A stretch of 64,000 nt of DNA from Paraphysomonas bandaiensis. Taxonomy: Eukaryota; Protista; Chrysophyceae. The notes beneath the pieces are model-generated. The model searched no databases, was not told the DNA's origin, and worked only from the letters and a program-made list of their open reading frames with translations. The DNA is taken from NCBI GenBank assembly GCA_965644295.1, contig CBFFRP010000035.1, forward strand, positions 62,001 to 126,000, read 5' to 3'. The position numbers were made by a program, and so were the translations under genes. Shown piece after piece: positions 14,301 through 26,583 of the stretch; the first letter of the stretch is position 1, and each line of letters begins with the position of its first letter.

Positions 14301-15240
14301 TACCTGTGCATGAAAGTATTAATCGAACAATTCATGATGTACATAGAAAGGTGAGGAAAAGTGATATCATAACATTCACGTACAGTGTGCTACAGTCATA
14401 ACAGTACCTGAGCTCAAAAAGATCGATTGCATCGTAGTGGGATATGTTGATCACAGCGGGGCTATCCTCTGTCATTGTATCCTTATTTTCCGCCTGTTCC
14501 ATCGCATTTTCTATCATATCTCGGGCTTTCTTTACTTTCTCACGAGTCCCTCGTATATTTATTAATGCAGGAGCCTCTCTATCCGACAATCGGCGAATAT
14601 CGATGTTGCATTGTGTTTCTGAGCGGATTTTCTCCAGAGTAGCACCACGTGCACTTATCACCTTTCCCACTATATTTCGCGGACATTCAACAACATCTAC
14701 AGCATTTTCATCCTGATTCGACTTGACCTTTGGTGTAAAATGGCAGGAATTCTCTGCCGCCGTGGTCTTGTGGGCAGATGACTTAGGAGTGTGGAGAATA
14801 ATTTCCTCCACGTCGTGATGCAAGTGTGAACAACTAACCGACTCAAAGCACGACTCGCATAAGACATTCTGTGTATCTTTACAAGTAGTACACCGCAAGG
14901 TGGCCGGCTGGACGTTACATTCGCTGCATGTGATAGCGGAAAAGGCCTCCAATATATTAATCAGAGAACTGATGGTGTGATTACTCTTCAAACCAACCAC
15001 GCCTGATATACCCACAGTCGTCTCCACCCCACAGCTCGGGCATATGATCGTACTGAAGAGACCCATACCCGTGCGCATGGCCTCCAAACAAGCGACACAA
15101 AAAGTATGCGAGCAGTCCAATGTTTTGGGTAATGATTGCGGTGACAAGGCAGTCATTTGTTTGGAGCACATATCGCACGTTAATATCTCCTCCACAATAA
15201 TATTAATAAGCATTTGAGTTGACGTGTCTACTGGTCGCAT
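11317..15240 (-). CDS. RING finger + B-box-like + multi-KH-domain protein (putative RNA-binding E3 ligase), 3 exons
   Basis: RING CDMC..CSHTFCVAC..CPSC; B-box-like CSEC..CTTC..LCESC..H..H; KH loops IGVKG, IGPGG, IGKRG, IGIKG plus degenerate KHs. GT-AG introns at ~14304-14407 and ~12495-12583 join ORFs 14332-15240, 12509-14344 and 11317-12420 in frame. Confidence 0.85.
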
Positions 15241-16073
15241 GGTGATTAATTATCGTCCAATGATATAATAACTCGCCGCAAGTTAACCAAATTAATGATA
15301 TAATTTCGTATCAGATGATCAGATGTTGATATATATGGGCTCACGCTATCACTCAACACTAATAAGTGAAGCTATCAGAGCCCTCACACTCACACACTGT
15401 GCGGGTACATAGACTTCCTAAGTATATCGAAGTGATTTATAGACTGATGAATTCACATACTCACCTCACTCAACACGAACGAATCTTTCTTCGACTTTGT
15501 TTCTGTAGTATATGTGAGTATACGTATGTGCCCAATATGGTAGTATTGTGTTTGAAATCAATGGCTCTTGAAGGGACTGTAGATATCCGTATGCACATAA
15601 ACGTTTAATCCCATTTTTTAATTTTGGTTTACTTCAACCGTCTCTTTTTGAACATATGCAAAGATATTTCATACATTCAACATGCCTCAAAATGACAAAA
15701 AATTGGTAAAATATCCTGGTTTATAGCCACGCCCAGCTCAGTTGCCAAAATTCTACGATTCTAGAACTTCTAGATTTTAATACTGAAAATCCACAGAACA
15801 AACGGATGAACAACCACATACAGCAGTAGGAATTCCTATACAGAGTTGTGCGAAATGAGTACAGTACTGTATCTGGGTACAGCATGGTATACACCATGTA
15901 TACTGCTGTATACCTATACGCACACACAGTGCCGTATATGCCACAAGATGGTCTGGTGGGTTGTAAAGTACAGTGAGTGTCAGTTGTTGACTTGTGCTGA
16001 TATTTATTCACGAGCTGTCACTGTGACAAGGACGTAACTACTAATGATGCTGTTTTCATCTTAGGCCTTCAGA

Positions 16074-17210
16074 ATGTATTTATCAGCAACATTAGTTGTG
16101 TCTTTACTATCTTGTCTTATGGGGCCTCGAGTATGGGGCTTTGACTCCTCCCTGCATTATGATGTGTGGAAAACATCTCCACACGAGAACTGCAATAAGT
16201 TCAACGGGTGCTTAACAATGCAGGATAGAGAAGAAACCTATCTGAACCCTAACGCCACATCAATTCCCTGTGGCTTCCTCGCTCCGTCTGACTTGGATCG
16301 TGTGAAAGAGTATTTCTCGAAGGACCATGTGTGCAAATTGGTTGTTTACACTGTCGTATTCGGTGCTTATGGCATGCTTTACAACCCCATATCTAAAACG
16401 AACTATATATCTGTAGATAAAAGTATATGTTTCTTTGCTTTTATTGACAAAGAAACAGTAAATAATGGCTTAGCATTGCAACACGTGATAGCTGGGGGAA
16501 CCAACCCTGGTCGCAACAAAAAATCTGCCATCACTGGTTCTAATAGCTGGCAGCCTATACTTATATCATCATTACCGTACGAGTCACCTACCCATTCAAT
16601 GAAAGCTATCAAACTTTCTGGTCCGATGCTCTTCCCGAATGCTGAGTGGCTTGTGTGGTACGATGCGAAATATATTCTCTACCAGAATCCTTGGCGTCTT
16701 GTGCAGTTTGCAGATAGTAAAATGGGACATCGTGTCTCAGTCGCAATGACACAGAGGTTTTTCGATCCTCTAGATCAACAATTTCGGGGAGCGCAGGACC
16801 GACTGGTGTATCTCAATTACACACACAAATTCAATCCCAGAGTAGATACCGAGATCCAAGAGATCAGGAATCAAAAGCAGCAATATATGAAAGAAGGTCT
16901 CTTTGATCGCAATAAGGGCCGACTTGACTTACTGGTGGATTCTGCAATCATGATAATCCGCAATGATGTTGTGGCCAGACGTTTCTATTGTGGGTGGGCC
17001 AATGAGGTAGCAATGTTTTCTCGCCGGGACCAGCTCAGCGAATATGTTGTTGAAGAACACCTTAAAATACCCGTTTACAGAATCGTCAAGGAGAAGCACC
17101 TTTTTTTTAAGTCGGTAGGTCATGTGCCTACAGGTGTTGCATCGCCTGTGAGCCCAAAATATATGAATCTTTTGCGTCTACACCCCTCAACATATCGATT
17201 GGATAGTTAG
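16074..17210 (+). CDS. DUF616 / TOD1-MUCI70-like glycosyltransferase-family secretory protein
   Basis: Signal peptide; VVYTVVFGAY, CFFAFID, LFPNAEWLVWYDAK and W.NEV..FSRRDQLS match DUF616 motifs. Confidence 0.8.
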   Translation: MYLSATLVVSLLSCLMGPRVWGFDSSLHYDVWKTSPHENCNKFNGCLTMQDREETYLNPNATSIPCGFLAPSDLDRVKEYFSKDHVCKLVVYTVVFGAYGMLYNPISKTNYISVDKSICFFAFIDKETVNNGLALQHVIAGGTNPGRNKKSAITGSNSWQPILISSLPYESPTHSMKAIKLSGPMLFPNAEWLVWYDAKYILYQNPWRLVQFADSKMGHRVSVAMTQRFFDPLDQQFRGAQDRLVYLNYTHKFNPRVDTEIQEIRNQKQQYMKEGLFDRNKGRLDLLVDSAIMIIRNDVVARRFYCGWANEVAMFSRRDQLSEYVVEEHLKIPVYRIVKEKHLFFKSVGHVPTGVASPVSPKYMNLLRLHPSTYRLDS

Positions 17211-18965
17211 AGTGTACATCGTTTAAGTGATATCTTTTAACGTCGTAAGTGTATTTAACATTTAATTAAAAAGAAATGATTTTGTTCGTCTATTTTCATC
17301 TCCTTTTCGAATTGGTATTACTTCTCAGATAAAATATATTTGCCTTTTCAAAATACTACGAATAGTAGATATGGATAATTGGACATATACATCATTTGCG
17401 GGGCAGCACCCTTTGTCAAGCAAAGTTGATAATGATGACACAATGATCTATCAATCAAATAGCTTTTCTACAAATAGATAGCCACTCTGAGTCAGCTCAA
17501 TATTGGTTACAACTCTGCTGGCTGACATACACCAATAACCAATACTACTTTCACTAAACTCTATATACATATATATATTTATTATTTATGAATGTGTGCT
17601 GTTGTAAGGTGAAGTTGCTGATTTTTGAGCTATTGTAGCAATCCGCAGTATTTGTTATACGTCCTTTTCATGGGTTCTGTACTTGGATCAATTTATATAG
17701 ATAAGAATGTCAATTAGTGATGATTAAGTGATGCAGCAAATTCGGTATTGTGTTGAAAACTATAGTGTATACCATATATGTAATGGTTAGATTTAGCTAT
17801 TTATTTTCACTACTATCCATTAACACTACTACTAGCTATTTATCTTCACCAAAGGGCATCCCCCTGAGTAACTGCACCTTGACACCGAAGGACTATTCGA
17901 AGGACTATGTGTTCATGGGCAGCTGGATAGATCAGAGTTATGCATTAGTTAGTTAAATTGCAATGCTAAATTATATTACTGACTCTTAAACGCCTATTGA
18001 ATACATTTACACTACTGTATTGAATACAAATTAGAGTGTTTCTCAAGCATCGCCCCAATTCACGTGAAGAATATAACTTTTCACGTGAAGAATATAGACA
18101 TCATAAGAATACATATATCGAACATGAAAAATGAAATATATCGGCATACTGTAGTGTTTATATTATGATGGTAAGTACCCAAAATCTAGGTAGCGCTTTT
18201 GCTGATAATAAGTAATAAACTAGAAACTGAAATGTCGTCGACTCTGTTGGGATACTTATGTTTCTCTAAGATAGAACTGCATAATACGTTGAATACAGTG
18301 TGAAAATCGTAATATGTAGAGTTGACCAGCAGTGGTTGACATATGAACAAAATATAAAATTATATTGTTTTGATATGTATGTATTACGTGTGACAACGCA
18401 CAATTGCCTATTATGCAATAGTTTAACGGCAACGATCTAATCCAACAAAGTATTCAATAGACAATATAGAGTCTACGTGTGATGCAGAGCAATTTTAAGT
18501 TATGTCATGTAGTCAATAATATAGAAGAATAGGACTTACAAATTGTTCAATGACTATCATTTCGTAATTCAAAGTTGGAATTTTCGTATACCGTAGTGCT
18601 ACCGAATCCGAGAAGTATGGCTTTGTAATATATTGTAATTACATTTTTGCTATCGATAAAATATCATATAATTAAGAATTTATGAATTTTACCATTGTGT
18701 GAGTAATTTCTATAAATCATTTTATGCAAAGGTGACGAAATATATCCTAAATCCTAATATCTTATATCTAGTCGACTATTTAAATTACAATGACGAGAAC
18801 CAAAAATTAATATGCGTCTAGAATTGTCTTGTACTGCCACAGATGGCTAAACTCAAACCACAATGCAATAAAGATATCATTGTTACTTTCTATCAGTACC
18901 AATATGGCACATTAGCAGAAATCGCAAAGTAACTACTATACCCAGCATATTGCAATGTATTATGA

Positions 18966-19312
18966 CAAACCAACATGAGCCGCATATATAGTCAGCAGAA
19001 GTTGTTCTGCCCAATGCTTGTGTGGTACAAAGGACACTAATAAGTGTCACTTGTGTAGACGTCATCGGGACCTGACGAATAAATAGGCATCCGGGATAGG
19101 GCCCACCTCAAGAGCGTCCGGGGTATTAGGCTGCCTACTGAAGTCAAGCATCCGGGCTGTTCACTTCAAGGAATCAAAAAATCCTGAAGTCAGCAGATGT
19201 CAGGTATATCAACATTCTGCTTGCTCACTGCGTTTACTTTAGGTGATAGAGCAAAAGCGGTTGCATCTTGGTGCTTGTGGTGCCGCGCAAGCAGCTTTCG
19301 TAGCGTAAATAG
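18966..19312 (+). mobile_element. Helitron-like repeat copy B (5'-truncated)
   Basis: Colinear with 44250-44604 and ends hairpin + ATAG|T. A related 3' end follows at ~19475-19535 (..CACTAG|T). Confidence 0.65.
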
Positions 19313-19913
19313 TAGAATATCAGACTAAAGCACAAGCTAGTTAACTAAATTGCACCACCGACTTGCACTCTCATATACATCTCGCCTCACCCACCCCCCA
19401 CATAATCCATGGCACAGGCCCGCCAGACACATTGCCCAAAGGTAGACCCCCCGACTAACCTCACTACAAGGGACGGTTGCACCATGGTGCTCGCAGCGAT
19501 GCACAAGCAGTCCCGAGACGGTTGCCCGCCACTAGTAGTATATAGCAAATCTAGTTATTAGCTAGTCTATAGACATAAACTAGTTTCTGTACGCAACCGT
19601 ACTCATGTAATAATCAGACTTTCATATATAGTAGGATATCGGAGTTAAGCATCGACTCTGAAACGTATATTGCTAGTATTATGACATTCACTAATATGAC
19701 GAAAACAGGCGATAAATACAAAAATATGTGTTTGTGGTTTGTGGTTAATTCACGTAATATGGATGCATGTACATCAGTATCAAAACAAAATCATAATTTG
19801 AGAATTTAAACTAATCATTATTAATCATGTACCGCTATATCACTACAACGTGCTGGAATAGTCTTTACAATATTTACCGACACAACTTTACTAACTAAAT
19901 CTGTCGCCTCTTG

Positions 19914-21477
19914 CTACTTTTTGATTTTGTATTTCTCAGCTTGTGGTGGCCATAAACCTGAATGAAAATATGTGAGCCACATGTTGTACAAGCATTAAGT
20001 GCGTCACTCACGCACACGTACCATTGTGACACCATCTGTTAGGTGTAACCTTCTTGTTAACGGGGTCAATGCCAACCATATCCATATAAGACTTGAACGA
20101 CCGCTTTCTCCCCATAGACCAGTCTTCAAGCCGATACAACAGTGAGTGAGGGGACACCATCTTCGCAGTTGATTCACCATATCCAAGCATACATTTAACT
20201 CGTTTTATAACTAATTCAATTATTTCGTTATGTATCGGTTTCTTGAAGTACCTGTTGACAGATTCCCAGAATTTAGGATAGTGCCTTCTCACATAGTAGT
20301 GATTGAGAACGTTAATTGTGGGAGCAAATATATCGTATCCTGCCGTCCAGAGGCGTGCACTCATCGAAATCTCCTCGCCCATGAATATCCAAGGCAAAAG
20401 GGGGTCAAAGGGCGTTTCGTATAGAAACTCAGCTCCGCTGAAGAAGAATCCAGCCGCAACAAACGGAGCATATGCAGGTTCATCCCTTGCCCGGCGTTCG
20501 TATGCCCGAGATGGAGAAAGACGAATAATCTCCCATTCTATCTGTGAAGTAGCAAAATCACTATCACACATCCGGAAGCCCGGTGTACCCTGCCACTTCA
20601 TGGCTGAATCAGGAGGGTATGTCGATATCACTGGTTTTTCGGCAGGGGCAGCATTCATCATACTGATAAGGTGAAAATCCCAGTCTTGAATAAACTCAGA
20701 GTGAGAGTCGATCTGAAGATAGTACTGCTCGCCCCGATAAAACTTGGCTCCAAGGTATCGAGCCATGTAAGGTCCAAGGCTTTCAGACTCATTCACATTA
20801 AACAGCCGCACGTGTCCATTGTTACATGCATCGCTTTGTTGCCCTTCAGGAGATTTACAGAACTCATCATAGCAGTTAACATCTGTGTCCGCATCTTCAA
20901 CCTTTCCACCCTGGAGAACGCCGGTGCGACACTTTTTCTCGAAGCAGTTCTGCTGAAATAGTGAAACATACAATTTCTCTGGGTACTTTGCCTTAGAGAA
21001 TAAGGACTTTATCGTCATAGGACAATAAGGGTCCCTATATGTTCCGAGCGACACAAATATAGTTCCATCTTCTCTGGGAGTCGGAAATCGGTTGCGATTC
21101 TCATCGTCCCACTTGATCAGTGTATTCTTCGTGACATCCAGGAACTCTTCCCATATTTCTGGGGCCTCAACTTTTGGACCAGCCAGAGCCCCCAGTCTTC
21201 GATGTAACGTGGTTAAATACACAGTTATATTATGGCGTATCTCATCCAATGAAGGTGGCTCGTCGAAACGATGTTTTCCTGCAGGTTTGATACGCTGAAG
21301 GCCTCTGCTCACATCGAGTGTGCTTTCAGTGACAGAGCTGCCACGAAACGATAATTTATTATCAAAAGACACCAAACTATGGCCCTTGACATCTCCCAGC
21401 AGAGAGATCAAGAGAGATATCCAGGCAACACCAAATGCAATGACAACAACTGCTATGCATAGAGTAGTTTTCGTCAT
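19914..21477 (-). CDS. GT60-family alpha-GlcNAc transferase (Skp1 hydroxyproline GlcNAc-T / Gnt1-like fold), type II membrane form, 2 exons
   Basis: TIFVSLGTYRD, GPYMARY, YYLQIDSH, ISTYP, AAGFFF, PFDP.LPWIFMGEE, RLWTAGYDIFAP; N-terminal TM anchor; terminal intron ~19958-20021, then LWPPQAEKYKIKK*. Confidence 0.9.
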
Positions 21478-21899
21478 TGTGTTCTAACGCCCTGCAGTAT
21501 CATACAGTGATAAGCAGCATATGATGCGGTATGCGTATGGGGCCAAGAAGAAGGTGAAGTGAACCAATCAAACAGTGGCTGATGGGTCGTTAATTCACTT
21601 ACTGTCCAGCTACACACAGTCTGCAGTGTGCAACAAGCGCAGTATGTGGTGCATTTGGGAGGCTATTTTTCACACTAAAATACAGCACTGTAGTATGGTA
21701 TAGAATTGTATAGGTACTTGAAGTGGACTGACAGCAGAGTACAGCAGAGTACAGCGTCTACAGCAGTGGGCTTCTTTCGTCTCACACCGGCATCATTCAA
21801 GTACTGTACCATAATAAATCAGCACTCTGCCTCCACTTGTGCGATGAGAACTTCTCATTTGGTCACTGTGTTACCTGCTACTGATTCTTCATAAGGATT

Positions 21900-23360
21900 A
21901 TGAATTGTATGGTTTACTTGTTGTTTGTATTCATATCGCTGGTGTCAGGCGATCACTCCTCCGGTGAGCCTGTAGATAGCATATCAGATCTGCCATTTGA
22001 TGAATCAAACCACCTGAGTTCGACTTGGATTCTTTATAGTGGCGATGGTTGTGATTTTGGAGCAGTTGCTTCACAGTCATTGCTACGTATAGGGTATATT
22101 TCTCCGGAATTATTTCGTATGTTCAGTGCGGATGAAGCTTCTCAGTCATGTGTTGCTGTGGGGTTACTACAAGGCACTCCGAGAAGTTTAATCTATGCTA
22201 TTCTTGATCGAAATATATATCTTGGTTTTGAACCCCTTGAAGATTGGTTAAATCAGTTTTTGTTGAAAGAAATTGGGTGGTTGTCATACCTTCCCCAGAG
22301 CCTTGATGTAATATGGATTAGCCACGTAGGAGACAGGCACAAAGTAGCAGACTTACATACGGGTGAGAGATATACTGTTTGGCTCACCACATCCCTGGGG
22401 CATATGTTTGAGGTGGTTGACCCTGCCAATGGAGAGGTTGTTGGAAGCATGTTGGTTGAGTTCGATGCGTTCCATGTCATTGGCCAACCTGTGCGTCCTT
22501 CTCCTTCACCATCAGCGGAGGAGGTATTGCGGGGAGTAGAAAGCACTCTACAGCTGGAGTACAATCGGTCCATGCAGATCAGGCGTACTTTTACGTCAAC
22601 GGGGTTCAGCCGAGGACGCTTACCGGATGATCTTTATGCATCGATGGCTACTTACTATTATAACAATTACCAACAGGTATATATCGAAGAATGGATTGGG
22701 ATGTACCACATCAACTGGTGGGAGACAGATCCTCTCATGGTGGGCATGCCCTGGGGACTGAAGCGGTATTGGCAGGGAAGGTTGCGACCAATGGTGGAAA
22801 AATGGATAGGCGGCGTCGAGTTAGAAGACACAGACATATATGGTATTCGTAGGTATGAGGATGGTGCATGGTTACTAACTCATGTGGACCGGGAGGCCAC
22901 CCATGCCGCATCGCTTATCATTAATGTGGATCAAGTGGATGTAAGGGAGCCGTGGATGGTAGAGATCTACGATTTTTCCGGCAGACTCCATGAAATTCCT
23001 ATGGAGCCCGGAGACATCGTATACTATGAGGTGATTTTGTTAACCGTTGCATTACTTGTCACTTACTCTCTGTACTGTATACAGTCTGCTCGATGTCTTC
23101 ACGGTCGCATGCAGCCTCTTAAGGGTAGATCGTACTCCAACCTCTTTGCTCATTATCGACCTGTAGGTGACCCAGAGTGGTTTGAGAAAGAAAATCCGAC
23201 AGTTGAGGGGAATGCTGCTGCCAAGGAGGAGTGTAGTGTTTCTCATTGCATAGGACCTGATGTTGTGGACAATCAATTTTTGTCTCCGAAACATGAAGTT
23301 GTAGAAGGCAATGACGACTTGTTCCGATATTGGCGATTTGTTAATAATATTGCGCCGTGA
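21900..23360 (+). CDS. Secreted 2OG-Fe(II) dioxygenase, prolyl-4-hydroxylase-like (one in-frame intron ~23031-23084)
   Basis: Signal peptide; YGIRRY..G..L.THVD (HxD), IINVDQ, PW, PGDIVYYE|SARCLHGR (distal H), NLFAHYRP. Confidence 0.8.
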   Translation: MNCMVYLLFVFISLVSGDHSSGEPVDSISDLPFDESNHLSSTWILYSGDGCDFGAVASQSLLRIGYISPELFRMFSADEASQSCVAVGLLQGTPRSLIYAILDRNIYLGFEPLEDWLNQFLLKEIGWLSYLPQSLDVIWISHVGDRHKVADLHTGERYTVWLTTSLGHMFEVVDPANGEVVGSMLVEFDAFHVIGQPVRPSPSPSAEEVLRGVESTLQLEYNRSMQIRRTFTSTGFSRGRLPDDLYASMATYYYNNYQQVYIEEWIGMYHINWWETDPLMVGMPWGLKRYWQGRLRPMVEKWIGGVELEDTDIYGIRRYEDGAWLLTHVDREATHAASLIINVDQVDVREPWMVEIYDFSGRLHEIPMEPGDIVYYEVILLTVALLVTYSLYCIQSARCLHGRMQPLKGRSYSNLFAHYRPVGDPEWFEKENPTVEGNAAAKEECSVSHCIGPDVVDNQFLSPKHEVVEGNDDLFRYWRFVNNIAP

Positions 23361-23984
23361 ACATGGATTACCGAAACTGGTGCTATTGGTAAATAGGGAA
23401 ATAGTATAGATGATGTCAAAGTGGAAATATATAATGTAAAGTAATGAAAATAATAGTTCGCTATGTTACTATTATGTGCTTGTCTCGCAGACTAATCTGT
23501 GTGCTTCTTTCGTCGAACTCAGAATTACAGGTGTAGCGTTTTATCATCTTGCTTCAATGTTTGAAAATATGCATATTTGAAATTTGAATAACATCCAGTT
23601 TCATACTCGAAATATGCGGTATAATTTCCTTGATATGGAGGTGCTATGTCTCATCGCACAGTGGTTACTTATTAGCAACACTTCTCAAATTTCTGAGTCT
23701 TCATGTGCTCATGGATGGAAGTATTGTTTATTGTTGTACCTTTGAAAACAAGTTTTTACTAGGTATCGAACAATGCAAATTCTGTATTGGAAATGATACT
23801 TAGCATATGAACGATTTCTTTGATACCAAAATAGTTTGATTGGCTAATGAACCGCACTACCAGAACTATTGAAGCTGAATAGTGAATATGACTATAGAAC
23901 ATAGAACACTCACTGTCGATAAGATGGAAAGCCCAAAATAGAATAGCTTAAGTAATTCATTAAATCTATAGTTCAAATTTTCTT

Positions 23985-26102
23985 CTAAAACGACATTTCG
24001 TCATCTTCATTTATAACTGCAACCTTTTGTAGGTTACTAAATCCTACAAAACGACTCGTACTGTTCCCAGAAAACAGTAAATACACAGCAAAACGAATTA
24101 TATATAAATATATTCCTACGGCCAAGTTTAGAGCAGTTACAGACAGTGAAATGATAGCAATGGGAGAATATCGACGGCCTAACAGCTCATTGTTTAACAT
24201 TTGTGCTACGAATTGCACGACTGTTTCTGTGCACACATGTGTCAAGAACTCATAGTTTCGGGCTCGTCGGTTTAGAGCAAGGTTGTCCTTCGCATATTCA
24301 CGTTGCGACTTGAACAAATAGCTTAGAAGCATAAACTTGTAAAAAACATACTTTATTCCAACGTCAACGCACATAACCACTACTGAGGCTAGCGCCACGA
24401 AAGCTGTCCACAAAAAGTTACATGGGTGACGTCGGCCATTTTTATCTCCCCGACAGGGCCAAGAATCGTCGGCCTCGTAATCCTTGAAGAAGTTTTTCGC
24501 ATCAACAGATACGATGCAAAGAGCATCTAATATAGGAGTATAGTGACCACCAGATTCAGCAGATGCCTTATATCCCTCGCCATCAGCGAACACAACCAAT
24601 TCATAGAAAAGAACTGGAATGATATTTATGAAAAGAAGGTCTACGATACAAAGGTTCAGTATATGGACACTCTTGAACTCCATTGTCATCAAATAGAGCA
24701 AGTCTGTGAGAAAGTCTAACAAAGGAAGTGCCATAACACAGAATGCTGTGAAGAATTGTATGCTAGGATCGTACGATGCAAAGGTAGCAAGTGTCAAAAT
24801 TGGAATAGCACTGAGGATTACGATAACTGTAATAACAGCTGGAGAATCCAATGAATATCCAAGAGAAGGCAGGGGCGGGTAATCATCATAAATATGCACT
24901 TTCGTCACATAAATGTCCTCATTAGATGGATAAGTAGTGGAATGGACTTCTTTGGCGGACCCCGTGATGTACAGATACTCCGTGTCCCAATGCACAGCTG
25001 CAGCCAGCGCGGACATATCACTACCATTCACCTCAATGTGGGTTTCCCACTTGAAAACACCCAACGTGCCCCTGTCTTCAACTTGCCCCACGGCAAACGC
25101 ATCAGTGGCAGTTGTCGCCCGAATTCGACCCACTAGAAACACATATGTGGGGCCTACGTCCATCGCAGAGTACATCGCATCCCCCTGGGCTGCGTACTTG
25201 GTCCACATCAATGCGCCGTTAGTAGTGTTGACCTTCATCAGAGTATACCCCAATGCATACGCCCCATCAGAGTTATCTAGCGCAAAGCTTCCCACCCAGT
25301 CAAAGCCACTCTTGCCATTGTGCTGTACTGCCCAATTCCAATCACTAATATTAGAGCTTGGAAATTTGACAACAAAAATGTCACCCCCATCTCGATTGCG
25401 TCCATAGAGACCTCCTGTGTCCCCAGCAGCGTATACCCACCCTTCATCATCAATAGCCAAGGCTACACCATGGGTCTCAAATAGAGTGTCCTCATTAGTG
25501 TTTCCATCTTGGAACCCTCGCAACATCGTACCATTTGAGTGTAGCTCTATCACGAAGTACGAGTCAGTAGGATACTGTGTACCGAACATGTTCCCGCGGG
25601 TGCTACCTATGACGAACACATGTCCAAAAGGTTGAGACACTGCTGCAGACGCCCAGTCCTCTTCATCCGTGCCAAACTGAGTCCCCCATAACACAGTTCC
25701 ATCACTGCCATTGATTTTTTCGACATACGCATCCCTGGCACCCCCAGCATATGTAGTGTATATGCCAGTAGAGGTGTACCCCGATACAAACACATTGTCA
25801 GCCTTATCGGAGTATACATGCAACGGATATCTGCTATCTGACCATGAGCTCGCCCACATGAGTGACCCATCCAAATGGCCCAACTTCTGGAGTATCCAAG
25901 TGGACTCTGACCCCGCGTTACTTCGACCAAGGACGATCGCATTACCATGGCTGTCGACGCACATATCCAGGCCAGTTTCGTTGGTAGAAAACAGCTGTCG
26001 CGTGCTCCAGAGGGAACGCATGGTTCTGAAATGCGTGCATTCTGTTAGGACTGTGTGACAGGCTAATAGGATGAATATATACACAGGTGTGAGGCGTGCC
26101 AT
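23985..26102 (-). CDS. SBBP-type beta-propeller repeat protein with C-terminal multi-TM region
   Basis: Signal peptide; repeats VDSHGNAIVLG, SDKADNVFVSGYT, IDDEGWVYAAGDT, W..QFGT, DIFVVKF; hydrophobic helices after aa ~420; intronless. Confidence 0.75.
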   Translation of the reverse strand: MARLTPVYIFILLACHTVLTECTHFRTMRSLWSTRQLFSTNETGLDMCVDSHGNAIVLGRSNAGSESTWILQKLGHLDGSLMWASSWSDSRYPLHVYSDKADNVFVSGYTSTGIYTTYAGGARDAYVEKINGSDGTVLWGTQFGTDEEDWASAAVSQPFGHVFVIGSTRGNMFGTQYPTDSYFVIELHSNGTMLRGFQDGNTNEDTLFETHGVALAIDDEGWVYAAGDTGGLYGRNRDGGDIFVVKFPSSNISDWNWAVQHNGKSGFDWVGSFALDNSDGAYALGYTLMKVNTTNGALMWTKYAAQGDAMYSAMDVGPTYVFLVGRIRATTATDAFAVGQVEDRGTLGVFKWETHIEVNGSDMSALAAAVHWDTEYLYITGSAKEVHSTTYPSNEDIYVTKVHIYDDYPPLPSLGYSLDSPAVITVIVILSAIPILTLATFASYDPSIQFFTAFCVMALPLLDFLTDLLYLMTMEFKSVHILNLCIVDLLFINIIPVLFYELVVFADGEGYKASAESGGHYTPILDALCIVSVDAKNFFKDYEADDSWPCRGDKNGRRHPCNFLWTAFVALASVVVMCVDVGIKYVFYKFMLLSYLFKSQREYAKDNLALNRRARNYEFLTHVCTETVVQFVAQMLNNELLGRRYSPIAIISLSVTALNLAVGIYLYIIRFAVYLLFSGNSTSRFVGFSNLQKVAVINEDDEMSF

Positions 26103-26583
26103 GCATTAACTACACTGCTACATACAATACACGGAGGATGATACTAGAGTCATACCACTCCATATGGGTGAGAGCTATACGTCAGGACATGTACAGACAG
26201 TGAAGTGAAAGTGAGCTGCAATGTGCCATTTCTTGACTTCCGTTTCCTGCTCTCAGCGACTGTGTGTACGTGGGTTGGTAGGTTGATGTGCTGCAGTAGG
26301 TAGGCAGGTGTAGGTGTGTACTGTGTACTGCAGGTAGGGGGGTATTTATACAGATACAGTATACCGTTGTATAACTAACATATGTATTTGCAGTGTCACG
26401 TACACATGCACTAGGAATTCCTGCAGTAGATGGTATACTGTACCAGTATTCCAGTCTATCTGGATATGGAGAGGTGCATGAGGAGGGAGGGAAATGGATA
26501 TGAGTGACACACTCGCACTCTTCTTATCCTCATTTCCTTAAGAAGAGTTACAGTAACCGACTTACTCAACCCCTCAACTGATA

